From Paecilomyces variotii (Eukaryota): a stretch of 64,000 bases of DNA. The notes beneath the pieces are model-generated. The model was not told where the DNA came from and did not search any database. It worked only from the letters and a program-made list of their open reading frames with translations. The DNA is taken from NCBI GenBank assembly GCA_004022145.1, contig RCNU01000018.1. One strand, written 5' to 3'. This document shows positions 34,339 through 52,267 of the stretch, in pieces. Each line of letters opens with the position of its first letter. The first letter of the stretch is position 1. Position numbers and translations under genes: made by a program.

Positions 34339-37024
34339 TTAAGCTTTGATAGCACTTCCCAATGCACCGCCACTGAACTGCTGGCCACCAGGCCGGCGCC
34401 CTTGCTGGGGAAGTCTGAGACCACCACGACCCTGGCCGCCACCACGGCCACCACGGCCACGACCAGCACCGTGGTCGCGCTGGAATGCATTGGCCATACC
34501 CTGAGTTCGCTGTTCCAGAGTCTTCTCGTTCGACTCGAGCAGGGACATGGACTTGTCCGCGAGAGTGACGATCTGTGACTGGAGACGAGAGAGCTCAACA
34601 CCCTTGCGGAAGACAATGGCATTGTTGACCTGGTCAAGGGCAGCAGCCAACTCCTCGTGGGAGATCATGCGGCTGATGATCGAAGAAATCTTCTTCTCGG
34701 AAAGCTCGAACATGTCTGCCAGACTGGAGATGGAGAGGGTGTCATAGAAGGGAGCGTAGGTGAAGAGGTAGGTCCTCAGACCCTCCTCCTGGATCTGCTG
34801 GGCGAGCATGGCCTTGATCTTGTCGGGCTGAGCCATCAGATCCCAGATCTTGATGGAGTTGAGAAGCGATGAGGCCTTCTTCCAGTCACCAGCGGCGAGG
34901 AACTTGGCACTCATGATAACGCCGTCACGGGTGTTCTCCGGCGGGCCAGCGAACACCTGTCGCTCGTTGTAGTCGAGCATACGACGGAAGGTCTTGGAGA
35001 TGATGCGACGCTTCATCTCAGGTGAAGAGGAAGTCTGGGCCATGAGAGGGACTTCCAAGAACATGCTCGATGTCAGGTAAATGCACTCCAGCAATTCGAG
35101 GTTGATGTGCATGTGGAATGGAAGCTGGCGCTGGCGCTCAAGCTTCTCTTGCTCGGGAGAGACAGTAGAGTAGCGCTGCATGATGATACCCTGGGCGAGA
35201 AGTTCCTTTTGTCTTCCACTGCCACAGATCTCTCCGAGAGTGTTCTGAGCCTCGTAGACGAGGCCAGCACGGAATGCACAGAGACCAATCTGTACGAGCG
35301 TTCTGTTGAACAGGATCTGAGTGCTGACATCAAAGTTGGCGATGTTCTCGGTCAAGTGAGACATAAGCATCAGGTCACGAGCACGGTAGTACTGGTCGTG
35401 CAGGGCGAGGAAGAAGATCTGGCACAACATAGCGCGAGCCTTGATGATACCATCGCTGTTGCCGAACAGATAATTGCAGAGAGTCTGGACGAGCGTCGGG
35501 ACATCTCCGACCTTGCCGCGGGGGGTGATGACCGAATCCAGATTCTCAGGGATGGCCTTCCACGTCGCATCCTCCAGAATGCTGACCACCTGAGAGGGCT
35601 TGAAGTAGACATGCTCCAGTCTCCGCATCACGATTCTGTTGATGCTGTCCTGTCGAGGCTCGCTCTTGTCAGTCTTGCCGAGCTCCTCGACATACAGCTG
35701 TGCTCGAACGATGTTGTTGTACAGCTTCTGCTCGTCGCTGAGACGCTCAATGTACTCAGCAGTGTGCGGGTCGATGTGCTGTAGAGACCTCGTGAGTTCA
35801 TCGTCCAGTCTCTCAACGAAAGAGACAATGCTGCCAGGAATGCGCAGAGTCTCGCCCGGAGCAGGCTGGGGCTGCTTCTCATCGTCCTCCCACTCTTCAG
35901 CACCTTCGGTAACGATGTAGTCGCGGTGCTCCTCAAGGACAGAAAGCAGAGTCGTCAATTCACGCTCCGCAGAGTTCCACTGCTCGGGGCTCATGTAGTT
36001 GCTAGCAGAGTGAGAAGACAGGTCGAAGCGGGTAGAGATGAGAGTCAGGTAGATGCGGATACGCTGGTAAGGAGTCTGAGCAACCTCGAGCAGCTTCTCC
36101 ATAGTCCTGATCTGCTCGACGCGGTCGGTGTTCTTCTTTCCTCTCGACTCGATAATGAGACGGAGGTGCTTGAGAATACTCTCCGGAGTGTACTGGAGTG
36201 TCTTTCCGCCACGGCCGACGGTCGCAAAGCCCTCCTCATCAGGGGTAGCCACAGCCAGAGTCTCAAGACGCTCGACGCGGGTGACTCTCGGCTTGGGGGC
36301 AACGGCAACGGCCTCCTGTTCCTCAGCGGCCTCAAAGTATCCTTCTTTGTCCCCCCGGTACTTGTCGATCTCAGTCTGGTACTCCTTGTTGTTCTTCTTG
36401 ATGCGCTGCTTGACGGCGTTGAGACCCTTGGCGTTGCTGGCGTTCATCTTCTTGGTCGACACCTTCTGCTTGGCAATCGTCTCATTCAAGAAGTCCTCCA
36501 AGTCCGCAATAGCCTTGATGTAGATCTTGGGGACAGGGCCAGACTGAATGACCTTGGTGATCTGTCGGTTGAGCTTATCGAACTCTACATATAGATATCA
36601 GCACATGCAATAAACGCGCATACTTCGCGAAGTCCCCATGCAGGGGGAAACCGAGATAACAGGAAGTAATCCAAGCCTTACCTGTCGAGATCACCGCCCA
36701 GTCACCGATCTTCTCGGCGTTTTCGATCAACTTGATCGTTCCCTCGAGTTCCTCTAATCTCTTGTCCTTGGCACTCTTCACGACCGTCACTCGCTCCTCA
36801 TCCTCACTCTCTTCGCTCTCGGAGACATCCCTCAAGAATGCACTGGCACCACGGGGACCGGCCTCCTCCTCTTCATCGGACTCCTCGTCCTCTACAGACT
36901 TTTCTTCGTCGCTGGATTCTTCTTCCGAGGAAGCTTCTTCCTCCTCGCGATCACTGTAGAGTTCCTCCTCGTCAGAGGAGCTCGACTCGCTGTCGCTGGC
37001 GCCACCGTGGAAAAAGCGAGACAT
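34339..37024 (-). CDS. nip1: Translation initiation factor eIF3 subunit C
   Basis: MSRFF plus acidic N-terminus, [22 protein letters not shown]-terminal PCI domain. Confidence 0.95.
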
Positions 37025-38184
37025 CTTGGCGGTTCTCTGTCCGTTGGAACTTGTTCGCGGATAAGGTGTGCTGCTCTTCTTCTGCGTTGCCGGACTCGCT
37101 TGATGTCGAGGCAGAACGACAGTCGATGAGAAGAGGCTGTCCGTTGGACTGTTGGTGTCTGCGGTCAAAATCAGTCGGACTGCCTATTGTGTCCTGAGCC
37201 GCATGTCTGGGCCTGATTCACACACGAAATTTAAGCGAGGGAGCGCTTAACCCGATCGGGTAATACGCGTCCGCGCGGGCAGAGATGGCGGGGAGACCCT
37301 GAGGCAACGATCCCTTCGATAAGAGTCAGAGAGATACTGGTTCAGTCTACAAATAAATAATGTTTTTGTTCTACTCTACAAAGGTTCAGTTCAAGAGTTA
37401 GCCACGGACATATTCTTGACAGATGGCGAAGCACAATCTAGGGTTAGTGCGATACAGACAAGGTACTGGTGATGGATTCATTTCGTCTTCAACTACATAG
37501 GCGGCATTCATCTTATATCACCATAGAGCATCTTAAGTAGGGTCTCTTGACTCCAGGGAAGGAGGCCTAAGACCATTTGATGGCGAGAAACAATAGGCAT
37601 CCGATTCGTCTCCAAGTACGCCGGCGCTATGCCAAAACAGATAAGCCCAGATGATACGAGGCAAGAGATCAAGCGGAATATCGTCAGAAATGCGCATTCG
37701 AAACGGAGCGAAGTAAAGCAAGAAGCAAGGGAAAAAAAGAGATAAAAAATTCACACATCCACCGTCTCGCCACGGCAAGGTAGACTCGTTGCACGCACAT
37801 ATACGATACATTCTTCGCCGAAGGCTGGCAGCTGAAACAGAAACATGCAATATCAGTCTCAGCCATCAAATGAATCCCTTCCATCCGCGAACCTATATTT
37901 TTGCGCTACCGCAGATATCCTGTTCGGAGTGATCGGGCGCGATGGTTCTGACGATCCTCACCCCATAGTGGGGTACACAAGATCCGCCAGATCGTAGGCC
38001 ACGAGGGAAACGTGGCACGTTATCCAAGTTGAACAAGATAACCATTAATCCGGGTTACTCTGCGTTGACCTCGAGAGGAACGCGTGCCCGGAGTACATCT
38101 GCTCGCTGGCGGATAATCTAGTATTCTGCACGAAGCTGAACAGAGGTATATAATCATAACACGCCTCCACCAGACACCGTTGTC

Positions 38185-41264
<3,080 letters not shown>

Positions 41265-43083
41265 GGTGATCAGCCACAGCGCTCGATCATCCGTATACAA
41301 ATCAACAAGATGTTGGAGAGTCGCGATGACAGCTGCTGTCGATGCCCACAGCGCACATGCACCGTTCCCGTGGATGGCAGCGGGCCCGAGACGACTGCGG
41401 CTCGTCGCCTAGACTCACGGTGGGGAGAGAGAGAGAGAGCTCGGGGACGATGGCTATGTCTGACGCAAGCCGTACGAGGAGGACGACGAGAAATTGCTGC
41501 TAGTGAGTCGCGCAAAAGCTCATCATCCAAGACGATCAGAGGTTTTCGTTGCGTTGGCTTCAGAGTTGGGCTGCCGTGCACCAGCTGGGAGAGCGCAGTT
41601 GCGATTCGAGGTTGGGTGCGGCCCAGCAGCCAATATCAACGCGGGAACGGGATTGACCAGGAGCTCTTGTGAGCCGGCAGTCGGAGGGAATCGAGACCCC
41701 CAAAGCAGAGTGCCCTGGCAGAGCAGAAGACGCTGCGAATCGTAGAGGGTGCTTGCGGTAGTGGAATGTGGAAGGGAAAAGGGTAATAATAGCGTACGAC
41801 GCAGGTGTGGAGGTGGAGGTCTCGTCGAGTTTAGTAGTCAACGAGGGGGAACTTCGGGTTCGCGGCGTTTGTCGTGCCTGGAAGGGGAAGTTTGAGGGCG
41901 GGCGCAAACGTTGCAATCTCAGGAGATCAAGACAGCTCCTGGAAGGACTAGGCGACGATATGTATACAGGTTTACCATACTCGTAGCTAGCGGAGAAAAG
42001 TGAATTCCTCAATGGGGTTCCCAATGCCCGATCCCGTCTGCTGTCGTCTCTCAAGCCGGCACAGAGACTGCTAGGTACTCAACTAAGACATCGGCTCATT
42101 TGTTTCTCACAAACATCTCCAGTAGATTAGACAGACTTTTGGGGGCGCTGGTCGCCAACCATTGCCCAGAGACAGTCTGGTCTAGACACTGGCTATCTAC
42201 CGGGAACAGCGTTGTATAAAGCACTCGGCGTCCGAATTCCGCTCTACTGCTTCCCTGTTGCGACCATGGCGTCCCAGCCGTTTTCAGGTGCGAAACCATT
42301 TCCAAGACTCCGTCGCACCACCTTGAGCTGCCCTGGTGAACCAAATCGCAATAGCGACGATATCCGGACACTGTAAACAGCCATATTTGTCGTCAATGTT
42401 GTCTGCTTGTTCTGGACAGTGCTGGACAGTGAGCATATCATCGCAAAGACTAAGACTGCATTAGGAAGACTTGGGACGGACACCTGGTACGGTAATTCTG
42501 ATACCGAACAATACATAGGGCGCCACCAAGATCCACCGTGCAGCTGCTAAAAATGACCTTACGTGACATGACACTAAGCCCAGTGGGAGGCGGTGAATCT
42601 AGGCTACCGCCCGTAGAGCGTTTTCTGCCGGTTTGTCATCATCGCCTCCAGGTTATCGAGAGAGCAGCAGTAACTGCCGCAACACATGCTCAGTCAGAGC
42701 ATATCTTCTGCCTGTGAGGATTGCGTATAGACCATCCTGATATATGGACCGCTCTGGGATACGCCAATCTGCAACGTTGCGTTCTGCAGGCCTCTGGAAG
42801 GAGGCTCTCTGAGGAGCATACAGATTTGTCCCCGCCTTTGGCTCAAGACCTTCCGCCACCGTTACGAACGGATATCGCTGTAGAATTTTCAACAGGATCT
42901 AATTGTGTCATCAGCAGCTGGTGAATTATAGAAATTCACCAAGCCTAACAATAGCATATATGAACGACTGAGGGGTCTCGTTTTCGAGAGTCATACTTCT
43001 CAAGGGAGCCCTGCGCTTTTTCCGACTTGTTGCAACAACCTTTCTGCCTCACCACGGTCTCACGACGCTCTCACGGCGCAAAC

Positions 43084-46000
43084 ATGGATGAAGGTAGACC
43101 TGAAAGACAAGAAAGCCCGGTAGTAAAGCCTGAGGCAATGGAGCAAGAACTCCAGGATGACGATCCTACTATAACGGAGAGGGCCGGGCCAGAAGGTGGA
43201 GCATCTAATCAGAACACCACGGAAACTACCGACGAGTCGGCCCAACTGAGGGAGCTACTTCAGACGGATATACGAGATCAAGATGATCTTGAACGTGATA
43301 TTGGACGCCAGGTAAGCACTGATTCGACGGGTTTGTCTTCAAAAAGATCGTCCTAATTCCGGGATCAGGCCGATAAGCTGCTCGTTGAGCAAGCAGATGA
43401 ACGCGATAATAAGAGACTGGAACGGGCCAAGAATGAGAAAGAGTTTGTCTCTCTATTTGTGTTTGTCCTCACAGGCGAGACAGTGTCTGATTGAGTTACA
43501 GGAAACTTGAAGCGCAGGTCGTCAAGTTGCATCAGCGACTCTCACAACCCGTTGGGACTTCCGCGAGGGTTCGCATTCGTTCTGAAATCGAGAAGACGGA
43601 ATCACGTATAGACGCTCTGGAAGCGGATCTAAAAGATATACAGCAACGCATCGACGAACGACATCAAGGCCAAGAATATGCGGCCCAGGCAACCGGCAGC
43701 GGGCGCCTGCCAAATGAGTCCCGCAGAGACTATCTCATTCGGACTGGAAAGATCACGCCGTTCTCAAAGATGGGATCGGGGACAAATGAAGGTCCTCTGG
43801 CAAGCCTCCACGATGCCCTGATCGATGCGGAGGATGAACGCGATGAGGTTGAGGCACTCGAGGAAGCCAAGAATAGGGCTGCTGTGTCCCACCGCGACCT
43901 CCGCCTTCCCGGCCTTGGTTTTGATGAGACTGAAACGAGTTTTGAAGAGGTTTCTCCATTCGACCGTTCACAGAAACGGAGAAAGCTGCAACCGAAGGTC
44001 ACACGAAAGGTTGTTGTGGGCAAATCACCGGAGACAGAGAAGGCTGATGAAGAACTGGATGTACAAGTGAGCGACGAAGATGAGTCCGCTGATTATGTTG
44101 ACACGGGTGAGGCTGGAATCCCATCAGAGGAGGATGAAGAATATGTTTCAGAGGAAGTCCAGAGACCGGGAAGGAAGCGAAAGCAACCCGTGAGCGACGA
44201 ATCTGTTGAAGATCTCCGCGGTGTTGACGATGGGAACGAGAAGATCTACCAGTCTCGCCTGCAACAATGGGTTCAGCGGAGGTCAGCCGCCCGTAAGCGT
44301 GCCATCAACACTGGCAAGACTACTATACCAGACACGGATGATGATAGCCAGCAAGAAGAATGGTTCATGCCGCATCCCACAGTGCCAGACGCAGAATTCG
44401 ATGGCGGGTACCGGATTCCTGGCGATATCTATCCTTATCTATTCGACTACCAGAAGACTGGAGTCCAGTGGCTCTGGGAGTTGTACCAGCAGCAGGTTGG
44501 AGGAATCATCGGTGATGAAATGGGACTTGGAAAGACTATCCAAGTCATATCATTTTTGGCTGGTCTTCACCACAGCAATAAGTTGACAAAACCAGTCATC
44601 GTCGTATGTCCTGCAACTGTTATGAAGCAGTGGGTTAATGAGTTCCATCGCTGGTGGCCTCCCTTCCGCGTGTCCATTCTGCACACCTCTGGCAGTGGCA
44701 TGATCAACGTCAAAAGTGAAAGCAGCAGAGAAGATCGGCTGACGTCCCAGATGTGGGATCCAACTCGCTCTCATGCCGCTTCCAAGGGACAGAAAGCAGC
44801 AAGAAAGATTGTCAAGCGTGTCATTGAGGATGGACATGTTTTGGTGACCACTTATTCCGGCCTTCAGACCTATGCATCTCATCTGATTTCTGTTGACTGG
44901 GGTTGCGCCGTCCTTGATGAGGGACATAAAATCCGGAACCCCGACACTGCCATTACGATTCACTGCAAGGAGTTACGTACCCCGCATCGCATCATCCTCT
45001 CCGGGACACCAATGCAGAATAATCTGTCTGAACTATGGTCATTATTCGACTTCGTTTTCCCGATGCGTCTGGGGACATTGGTAGATTTCAGGAATCAGTT
45101 CGAATTTCCTATCCGTCAGGGCGGTTATGCGAATGCGAGCAACTTGCAGGTGCAAACAGCTGCCAGATGCGCGGAAACGCTCAAGGATGCCATCAGTCCA
45201 TATCTCCTACAGCGGTTCAAAGTCGACGTTGCTGCTGACCTCCCAAAGAAGAGTGAACAGGTGCTGTTCTGCAAGCTAACAAAGCTGCAACGGAGAGCCT
45301 ACGAAGCATTTCTCGGTTCAGAGGATATGCAATCGATACTTAATGGAAAAAGACAAGTCCTGTACGGGGTAGACATTCTTCGCAAGATTTGCAATCACCC
45401 TGACCTCCAGAACCATAAAATGCTGTCTCAAAAAACCGACTATGACTACGGTAACCCGTCAAAATCCGGCAAGATGCAGGTCGTCAAAGCCTTGCTTGAA
45501 CTGTGGAGAGATACTGGACACAAGACACTGTTGTTTGCGCAGCATCGTATAATGCTGGATATTCTGGAAAAGTACATCAAGGCCTTGTCTGGGTTTAACT
45601 ATCGTCGGATGGACGGCAGCACTCCCATTCAGCACAGACAAACTATGGTTGACGAGTTCAACAATGATCCCAATCTCCATGTCTTTCTTCTCACCACCAA
45701 AGTGGGTGGTCTAGGGGTTAACCTGACCGGAGCTGATCGCGTCATCATATATGACCCTGACTGGAACCCCTCCACTGATGTCCAGGCCCGAGAGAGGGCA
45801 TGGAGATTGGGTCAGAAGCGTGAGGTCACTATCTACCGCTTGATGACAACTGGTACTATTGAGGAGAAGATCTATCATCGTCAGATTTTCAAGCAATTCC
45901 TGACGAACAAGATCCTCAAGGACCCGAAGCAGAGACAGACTTTCCAGATGAGTGACTTACACGACTTGTTCTCGCTTGGTGATGAAAATCAGGGGCCCAC

Positions 46001-46841
46001 CGAAACTAGTAAGCTCTTTAAAGATGCAGAGGTCACTTACGACGAGAATCGTCAGAGTACATCTCAGGAACGGGCAGAGCCTATTGCGGCCGAGAATAAT
46101 CCTTCGGATCTCCAGGACGAAAAGAGGGATATTAGCAAAGTTGTGGGGGTCGCTTCGATGGAAAACTTCCAGGACGAACCTGCGCCGGGCACAAATCCGG
46201 AAAATCCAGGTACTTCAGCCTCCGAGGCACGTCTCATGGAAGGTATCTTCGCCCGTTCCGGTGTCCACTCTGCGCTTGAGCACGACCAGATCGTCAATGG
46301 TAAACGAGTTGTCAAGGCGGATCCCAAGATCATCGAAGCGGAAGCCCGGAGAATCGCCGCAGAAGCTGCTGCAGAACTGCGCAAGGCCGGTGAAGCTGCC
46401 AGGTCTGTCCCTATCGGAACCCCAACATGGACAGGTCAATTCGGTGTCGCTGGAAGGCCAGAAGAACCTGCTTCCGTGCGACCAGCTTTTGGTGGAAGCA
46501 GCAGTAGCGCACGTCGGGCCAACGCTGGACCGTCTTCTGCCAGCATTCTTGCGAATCTGACAGCTCGTACTGGTGGAGGTCCGTCACGGAGCAGCAGCAA
46601 CAGCCCTGCCCCAGCAGCAAGCGGAAGGGACTTCATGACCATGATTCGAGACTACATCATTTCACATGGTGGGTCAGTCTATACTCAAATGTTAATTGAC
46701 CATTTTAATCGGTTCTGCACGACTCCTCAGCGTTCTGCGGAATTTAAGGAGATGTTGAAGACGATTGCAGTGCTGCAAAAGGGTGGCCGCAACGGCAGAG
46801 GGAAGTGGTCTCTGAAGCCAGAATACGCGAAGAGGGGGTGA
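43084..46841 (+). CDS. rad26: Snf2-family ATPase Rad26/Rhp26/CSB (transcription-coupled repair)
   Basis: LIRTGKITPF, GDEMGLGKT, LDEGHKIRNP, QARERAWRLGQ, C-terminal winged-helix-like WSLKPEY; two 5' introns. Confidence 0.95.
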
Positions 46842-47370
46842 ATTAATGCTATGATACCATGTACCAATATTATGTTCGTTGTTTTTTCTATATCGAGGCG
46901 ATTCTCGTAAATGACCTATTTCGATGCATTTCCCTCTTATCCCTTCTTATGATTTACAGTGGTTCCATATTATTATTATTTTCGATATTTCTAGTAAAAG
47001 TAAATATACTTGGCATGAGTTCTCAATTGGAAATAGGGCTATTGTAAGGCTCCTAGCCGCTGCTCGAACATAGCGATACAAAGCATTGTCCCTAAAAACT
47101 ATAATCCTTAATGGCTCGTCCGTAGAAGATAAAGAGCGTATAGAAAATTGACATCGCTGCAAGTGTCCACTTCAGTCTAGGCAATGGCCGCTTTCATTCC
47201 AATACGTTGTCTTGCGCTAGAGCACAAGATGAGAGGAAGCGAGGCCCTGCATCCTCCTTTTCCCGAATTTATTGTGCAACCATTATAGCCTTTTGTGTTT
47301 TGTATTCGAGCGAATTGGCAGTATTGATTGGTTCTATGGGCCCCCAAGAGAAGAAGTGCCGAATCGAACA

Positions 47371-48623
47371 CTAGACATAAGTCTGAGTTTGATATGTACC
47401 TTCAAACTCCTGCCCCTCTTGAGATCGGTTCTCATGAATAATGATGTGGTCTTTCTTCACCATTATACCCTCTATACTCTCACTACGCCCATGGCTCGTG
47501 GTTCTCACTGACGTGTCGTTCTGGAGGAGGTATCCTTTGCGGCTTATCGGGTTTAATTCAGATGACTGGACGTAGTAACCGTTTGTGGTTCCCTTGCTGT
47601 TTAGACCTTTAACTAGGGCCCGAAGCATGGGAAGTGAACCTGCGATAAGTGCAAGATCGCACTCGACGATGGTCCAAAGGATAATATCGCCGATACCAAC
47701 TACAGAAACAAGGATGTTAGCGCCGTATCTTTGGGGTGAAAAGAGGGGAGCTTAGACTTATCTTGAACATACCTAGGTAGTCTTTCTTCGCAAAGTAAGC
47801 AGTTCCAAAAGGGAGACGAGCAATAGTCGCAATAGAAGCCATGACACCAAGCGAAAGAACCATGATAATAGCAGTCTTTCGCCTTCGGGACATCTGAACC
47901 TTCCGTAACATAAGAAAGGGCAGAACCGCAGTGGTAACGTCGGTCAGGAGATTAAATGCAGAGATGACGAAAGTGATCACCACAGTGATCGTGTTCGGGA
48001 GACAGGTTCCTGGCTTTTCGCCCCAAGTCCTCTCGATTGGTCGACATTGGAGTAGGATGTAGATATCAACAAAGACGGTGGAAATGACAGTGATACCGAT
48101 CAAAGTCCATAGCGTAATTCGGTGCCATCTTATAACTGCGATACGGAGTAAGGTCAAGCAGATACTGCATTTGATCCAAACGAAGCCGCTCAGGAAGAAG
48201 ATCTGCCATAGAAAGACTGACTGATGGGTGGTCAGGGGGGGCTGGTCATTATGAATTGGGACAGGTTAAGGAGAACGTTACCTTAGCTCCCTCCATCCAA
48301 ATCACACCTGTTGCTCCGCCTGGAATTCTTTCATCGGGACTGCCGAGTCCAGTAAATGTGCCGTAGCTTATAACGGCATTGTGTACCATGTTTATCACCT
48401 TGTAGAAAGTTAGCGATTTCCACCACAATTCGAGTCTCCTTGGTGCGTATACATATCCAATACACATGAGCCAATCCTCAGTTGCGAACTTGCGAAGACG
48501 GAGACGAACTGTGACTCTCAGTATTATGATAATAGTACATAGTATGGAAAATGTGATGGCAACAGCCAAGATGCTTCTTGCGAGGCCTGTAGGTCGAATC
48601 GCGTGCCAACCAGGAGGTGCCAT
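47371..48623 (-). CDS. PTH11-like / fungal rhodopsin-domain integral membrane protein (no CFEM seen)
   Basis: LRVTVRL...EDWL, IKCSICLTLLRI, QCRPIERTW, LLTDVTTAVLP, VQMSRRRK, IILWTIVECDLALIAGSLPMLR. Confidence 0.85.
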
Positions 48624-51137
48624 TCTAGCATTTACCTACTATGGTGGTGAATAAAGAAAAGAAATGATAAACGAATGAAAAGTAAAATAAATCGAACTGT
48701 CCAAGATTCTTTTTCCAGGGTCTAATGAGCTGAGACAATATATCCCGTCACAGGGGGCAAATCCGCCGTTAGTTGCTCTACCAGGATAGAAGCACTAACT
48801 ACGACCAGCTCTACTTAGCCAGTTTCGAACTTGCCGATTTTCCAATAATGCCATCTATTTTTCTTCTGGACTTTTAGAGAGTACTGAATTATTAATTATG
48901 ACTACCAGACGGCCTTTATTGGCAGTCTAGCCTACTGGGTACCTAGGGTTAGAAGCTCTGGGATCTCTACAGTAGGTATTTGACTACTCAACATATGCCC
49001 AAACACTGAAAACCATGAATAGTTGTAGGGAGGTCCCTTAGCAGTCTCATCTACGGGGTGGTGTTGCGAAACCAGATGTATCGAGAGGGTATCCAATCTC
49101 CTATCTATGGGGAAGGTGAATTGATAGACCAGCAAAGCAGGTCAAAAAACTAAGAAATCCTGTCTAATCAGCGTTCCAGAGCTGATATGTTGTCATCTAT
49201 TGTCGATATAATTCCATATAATGTACCTATCAAATACAACAAAAGGTACATACGTTTTTCAAATAAGATATTCCTTGCTCCTTCCCACTGCATCTACGTC
49301 TCCTTTGACAGCTAGATAATGAGCTTGCACTTTGCATAATCTATTAAGACGATTCCTCACAACACGTAATAGATATTAGCGGGCGTAAATTGTAGAAACA
49401 CCGCAAATGTGCTATCCCCATGGATCAAAATTGTCAACTTTCTGCCCCTAGACGCCACCGTAAGAGATTTGTATGGTATGGTATGGTAGTCAGTTCCCGC
49501 ACCTGTTAGCTCGAAGCAGAGTTACGGTGACACCTAGCGGACAGCAGGCCTGTACCGCTTGCTTGGCGGTATACCATACATTTGTTTGCGGTGGCCCTGG
49601 GGCCGCTCCATTTCGCCCGCTCTTGGTGTTGGTAGTAGTATGTGGTCTTAGGCCAGCCCCTGCCACGTATTCCCTTTTTACCTAACAGTACCTCTAAGTA
49701 GAGCTAATTGATAAATAAGAGGTTTTCCTATATGTCCTACCGCAATTGATAATTCTCGTAGGGAGTAACTACATCAGCAGTTGACTCAATCCGGGATGCG
49801 AACTTAAAGATACAGAGAAACAGAACAGCTTTGCCTGCCATCCTAAGTAGACTGTGAGTATCCCGGATGCTCTTTCTTAGTAGTGTCTTACGGTCCTAAG
49901 TACGGAGGATCCCAGAATTTTATCTATCAACTTTACTCAGAGTCCTGGCACCAAAAGGAAGGCAAGTTACTCTCCGCTAGACCAGCGGAGAACAGAGGTC
50001 TAAAAGAACCAGAACGTACTAGAACAACTCCCAATAACAAAGACAAAAAGCCGATCCACGCCAGAAGGGCCGTCCCGAGTCCCGACTGCCAATACTGGAC
50101 GCTTGACAAGGGCATCGTTCTTCGCCTCTGCGTAGTTGATTATACGGACTAGTCATCGTCAGCTAACTATTCTAATTGTTGTTGATTATGTAGCGGGACC
50201 CCAACTGACGGGATCCATCATCCATCACGTCCTAAGTGCGAATCAGCTATGGATCGCCAAGAGGCAGAGAGTCTTGACTTTTAGATGCCAAGATGTCACT
50301 AACATTGCTGCACAGCATTAGCGGCGGGAGGAAGCTGTTTCCGCCGGGATGTCAAGGCCAGACGAACTCCTCCCAGAATTCCTCACCTTGTCCGAATCAC
50401 CTGTCTTGGACTTACTATACAGCTAACGCAGCGGCGTACTCCGTAGCTATTCTTGCGGCGTAGTCATCACTGCGGCGTAGTTATTCCTGCCGCGTATTTA
50501 GCTTCGGACTATACAATTAGTACAAGATCATGTCCAGTCTAAACAACTCTCGACCTGACGTCCAAACGTCCAATGCGCTGGCGGAGCCGTTTCTCCACTT
50601 GAAGAAGGATCCGGTCTATCTCTAAGAAAGGTCCAGGCCGCATTATCTTGCTGTTGGGTACCTAGCTTAATGGCACTGCATCCTCCAGCCAATGTCAACG
50701 GACTTTCGGACAGAATCTCGAAGTTCCATGATAGAACAACTACTTGGAGGAGCGCTAAAGACGTGCGATGGGGATGGATCTGCTTCCAGAATTCGTTTTC
50801 TAGAATGACTTAGACAATGTATGAGAGTCCGAAGATGTCTCCAGACTCGTGGGAAAGATTTCGGAAACTCATATCAAATTCATGCTAGATTGAGGGTTGG
50901 AATCTAAATTATGGCATTCTGATCTGAATTTCCACAACTTTTAGTCAGACTATAACTATAGCTATACTTAGAATATTCTAATATGGTGAGTGGCGATGGG
51001 TACGCATAACTCTTCAGAGCTGGGTGTACATAGTATTAAGGGAATACACGATCTGTCTGATATATCTAAAGAGAGGGGTCTAGAAGATGGAATTCCTGCC
51101 CTCATATCCAAGCTCAAATATGATGCGGGGACTGCAT

Positions 51138-52267
51138 CTACTGGAGACCCCCGGACACCCATAAGGACAACGGTAGTTCATACCTGCTGAGTATTGGTAT
51201 CGCATATAAGGAAGGGAGCCACGCCAACGTGTAGTAATTGAAAGTGGCGCGGTCTGCTTTCGCTGACCGACAAGACAGCATTCGAGCTACCACGAAACTT
51301 CCAACTAAGAGTGGTGGCACATAACCAGCGGTAAAACGCGAGTTTCCCCAGTATGCCGGACAGGCAATAGACCAAAATGAGATGAACAGAGTCGTGATCC
51401 AGCGGGTTGTCCAGTCGCCGATGACGAGAGGCACTGTGCGTCTTCCTCGGGCGCGGTCGCCTTCCTGGTCTCTCAGGTCCTGTATTTGTACGGTTGTGAA
51501 TGTGTTGATTCCAAGAAGAAGACACCACTCATATCCAGCTCGGGTCATTGTTGTCGAACCCATTGCTTCCGCTGCCACACGCGTCGCGCCCAGCTGGCCC
51601 GTCATGTAGAACAAGGCATTGATGATGTTCTTTCCCCACCATGAGCTGGCGCCACTCGCATAGTCGTAAACCCACGTTTCGGCCATAAAGAAGAGTGCTT
51701 CAGGAAAGCCACCTAACCAGGTGCCAGTCGCTAATAACAAAAGACAGGTCGCTGCGATGTACCAGTGTTGAGCGCTCTCGATGCTCAGCCGACCAGATGG
51801 AATGGCTCGCCAGGGCTTATTGAGTTTGTCTTCTCGAATGGATTCAGGATCTTTCTGGTTGCTGCAATCGAAGTGAAAGACGTAAAGCCAGGCATAGAAT
51901 CCAGCATGTGAGAGGGCAGCAGAGAGATCGTTCCAACTGGGAGATGGGTTGGTCGTGACACCACCAGATGCAACACCTAACATGGCGAAAAGGACGATAG
52001 GAAGGACGTATGCTTTGATATTACTCTCGGTGATCAGATGCGCGAGGCTGATGATTTCCCAGGTCTGAGCGAAGAAACGACATATCTGTACCTTGGTTAG
52101 CAATGACAACAGATACCTCGTACTTGTGGCTGAATTATTATAAATACCCTTGATGGAACATTCTCATTACGAGAGACTTTAAGATCGGTACATGTGAACT
52201 GACGAGGGCCATTGGCATTAGAGCTCTTACTAGACGGGAGCGCACCAGAGATGATATCCGACTTCAT
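51138..52267 (-). CDS. UbiA-superfamily membrane protein, Fma-TC-like terpene cyclase/prenyltransferase
   Basis: NQxxxxxxxED motif (SNQKDPESIREDKLNKPWRAIPSGRL) and QDLRDQEGD...RRTVPL. Proposed exon 1 is 52267-52148 and intron 52147-52086 (GTATTT...GCTAAC...CAG). Confidence 0.85.
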
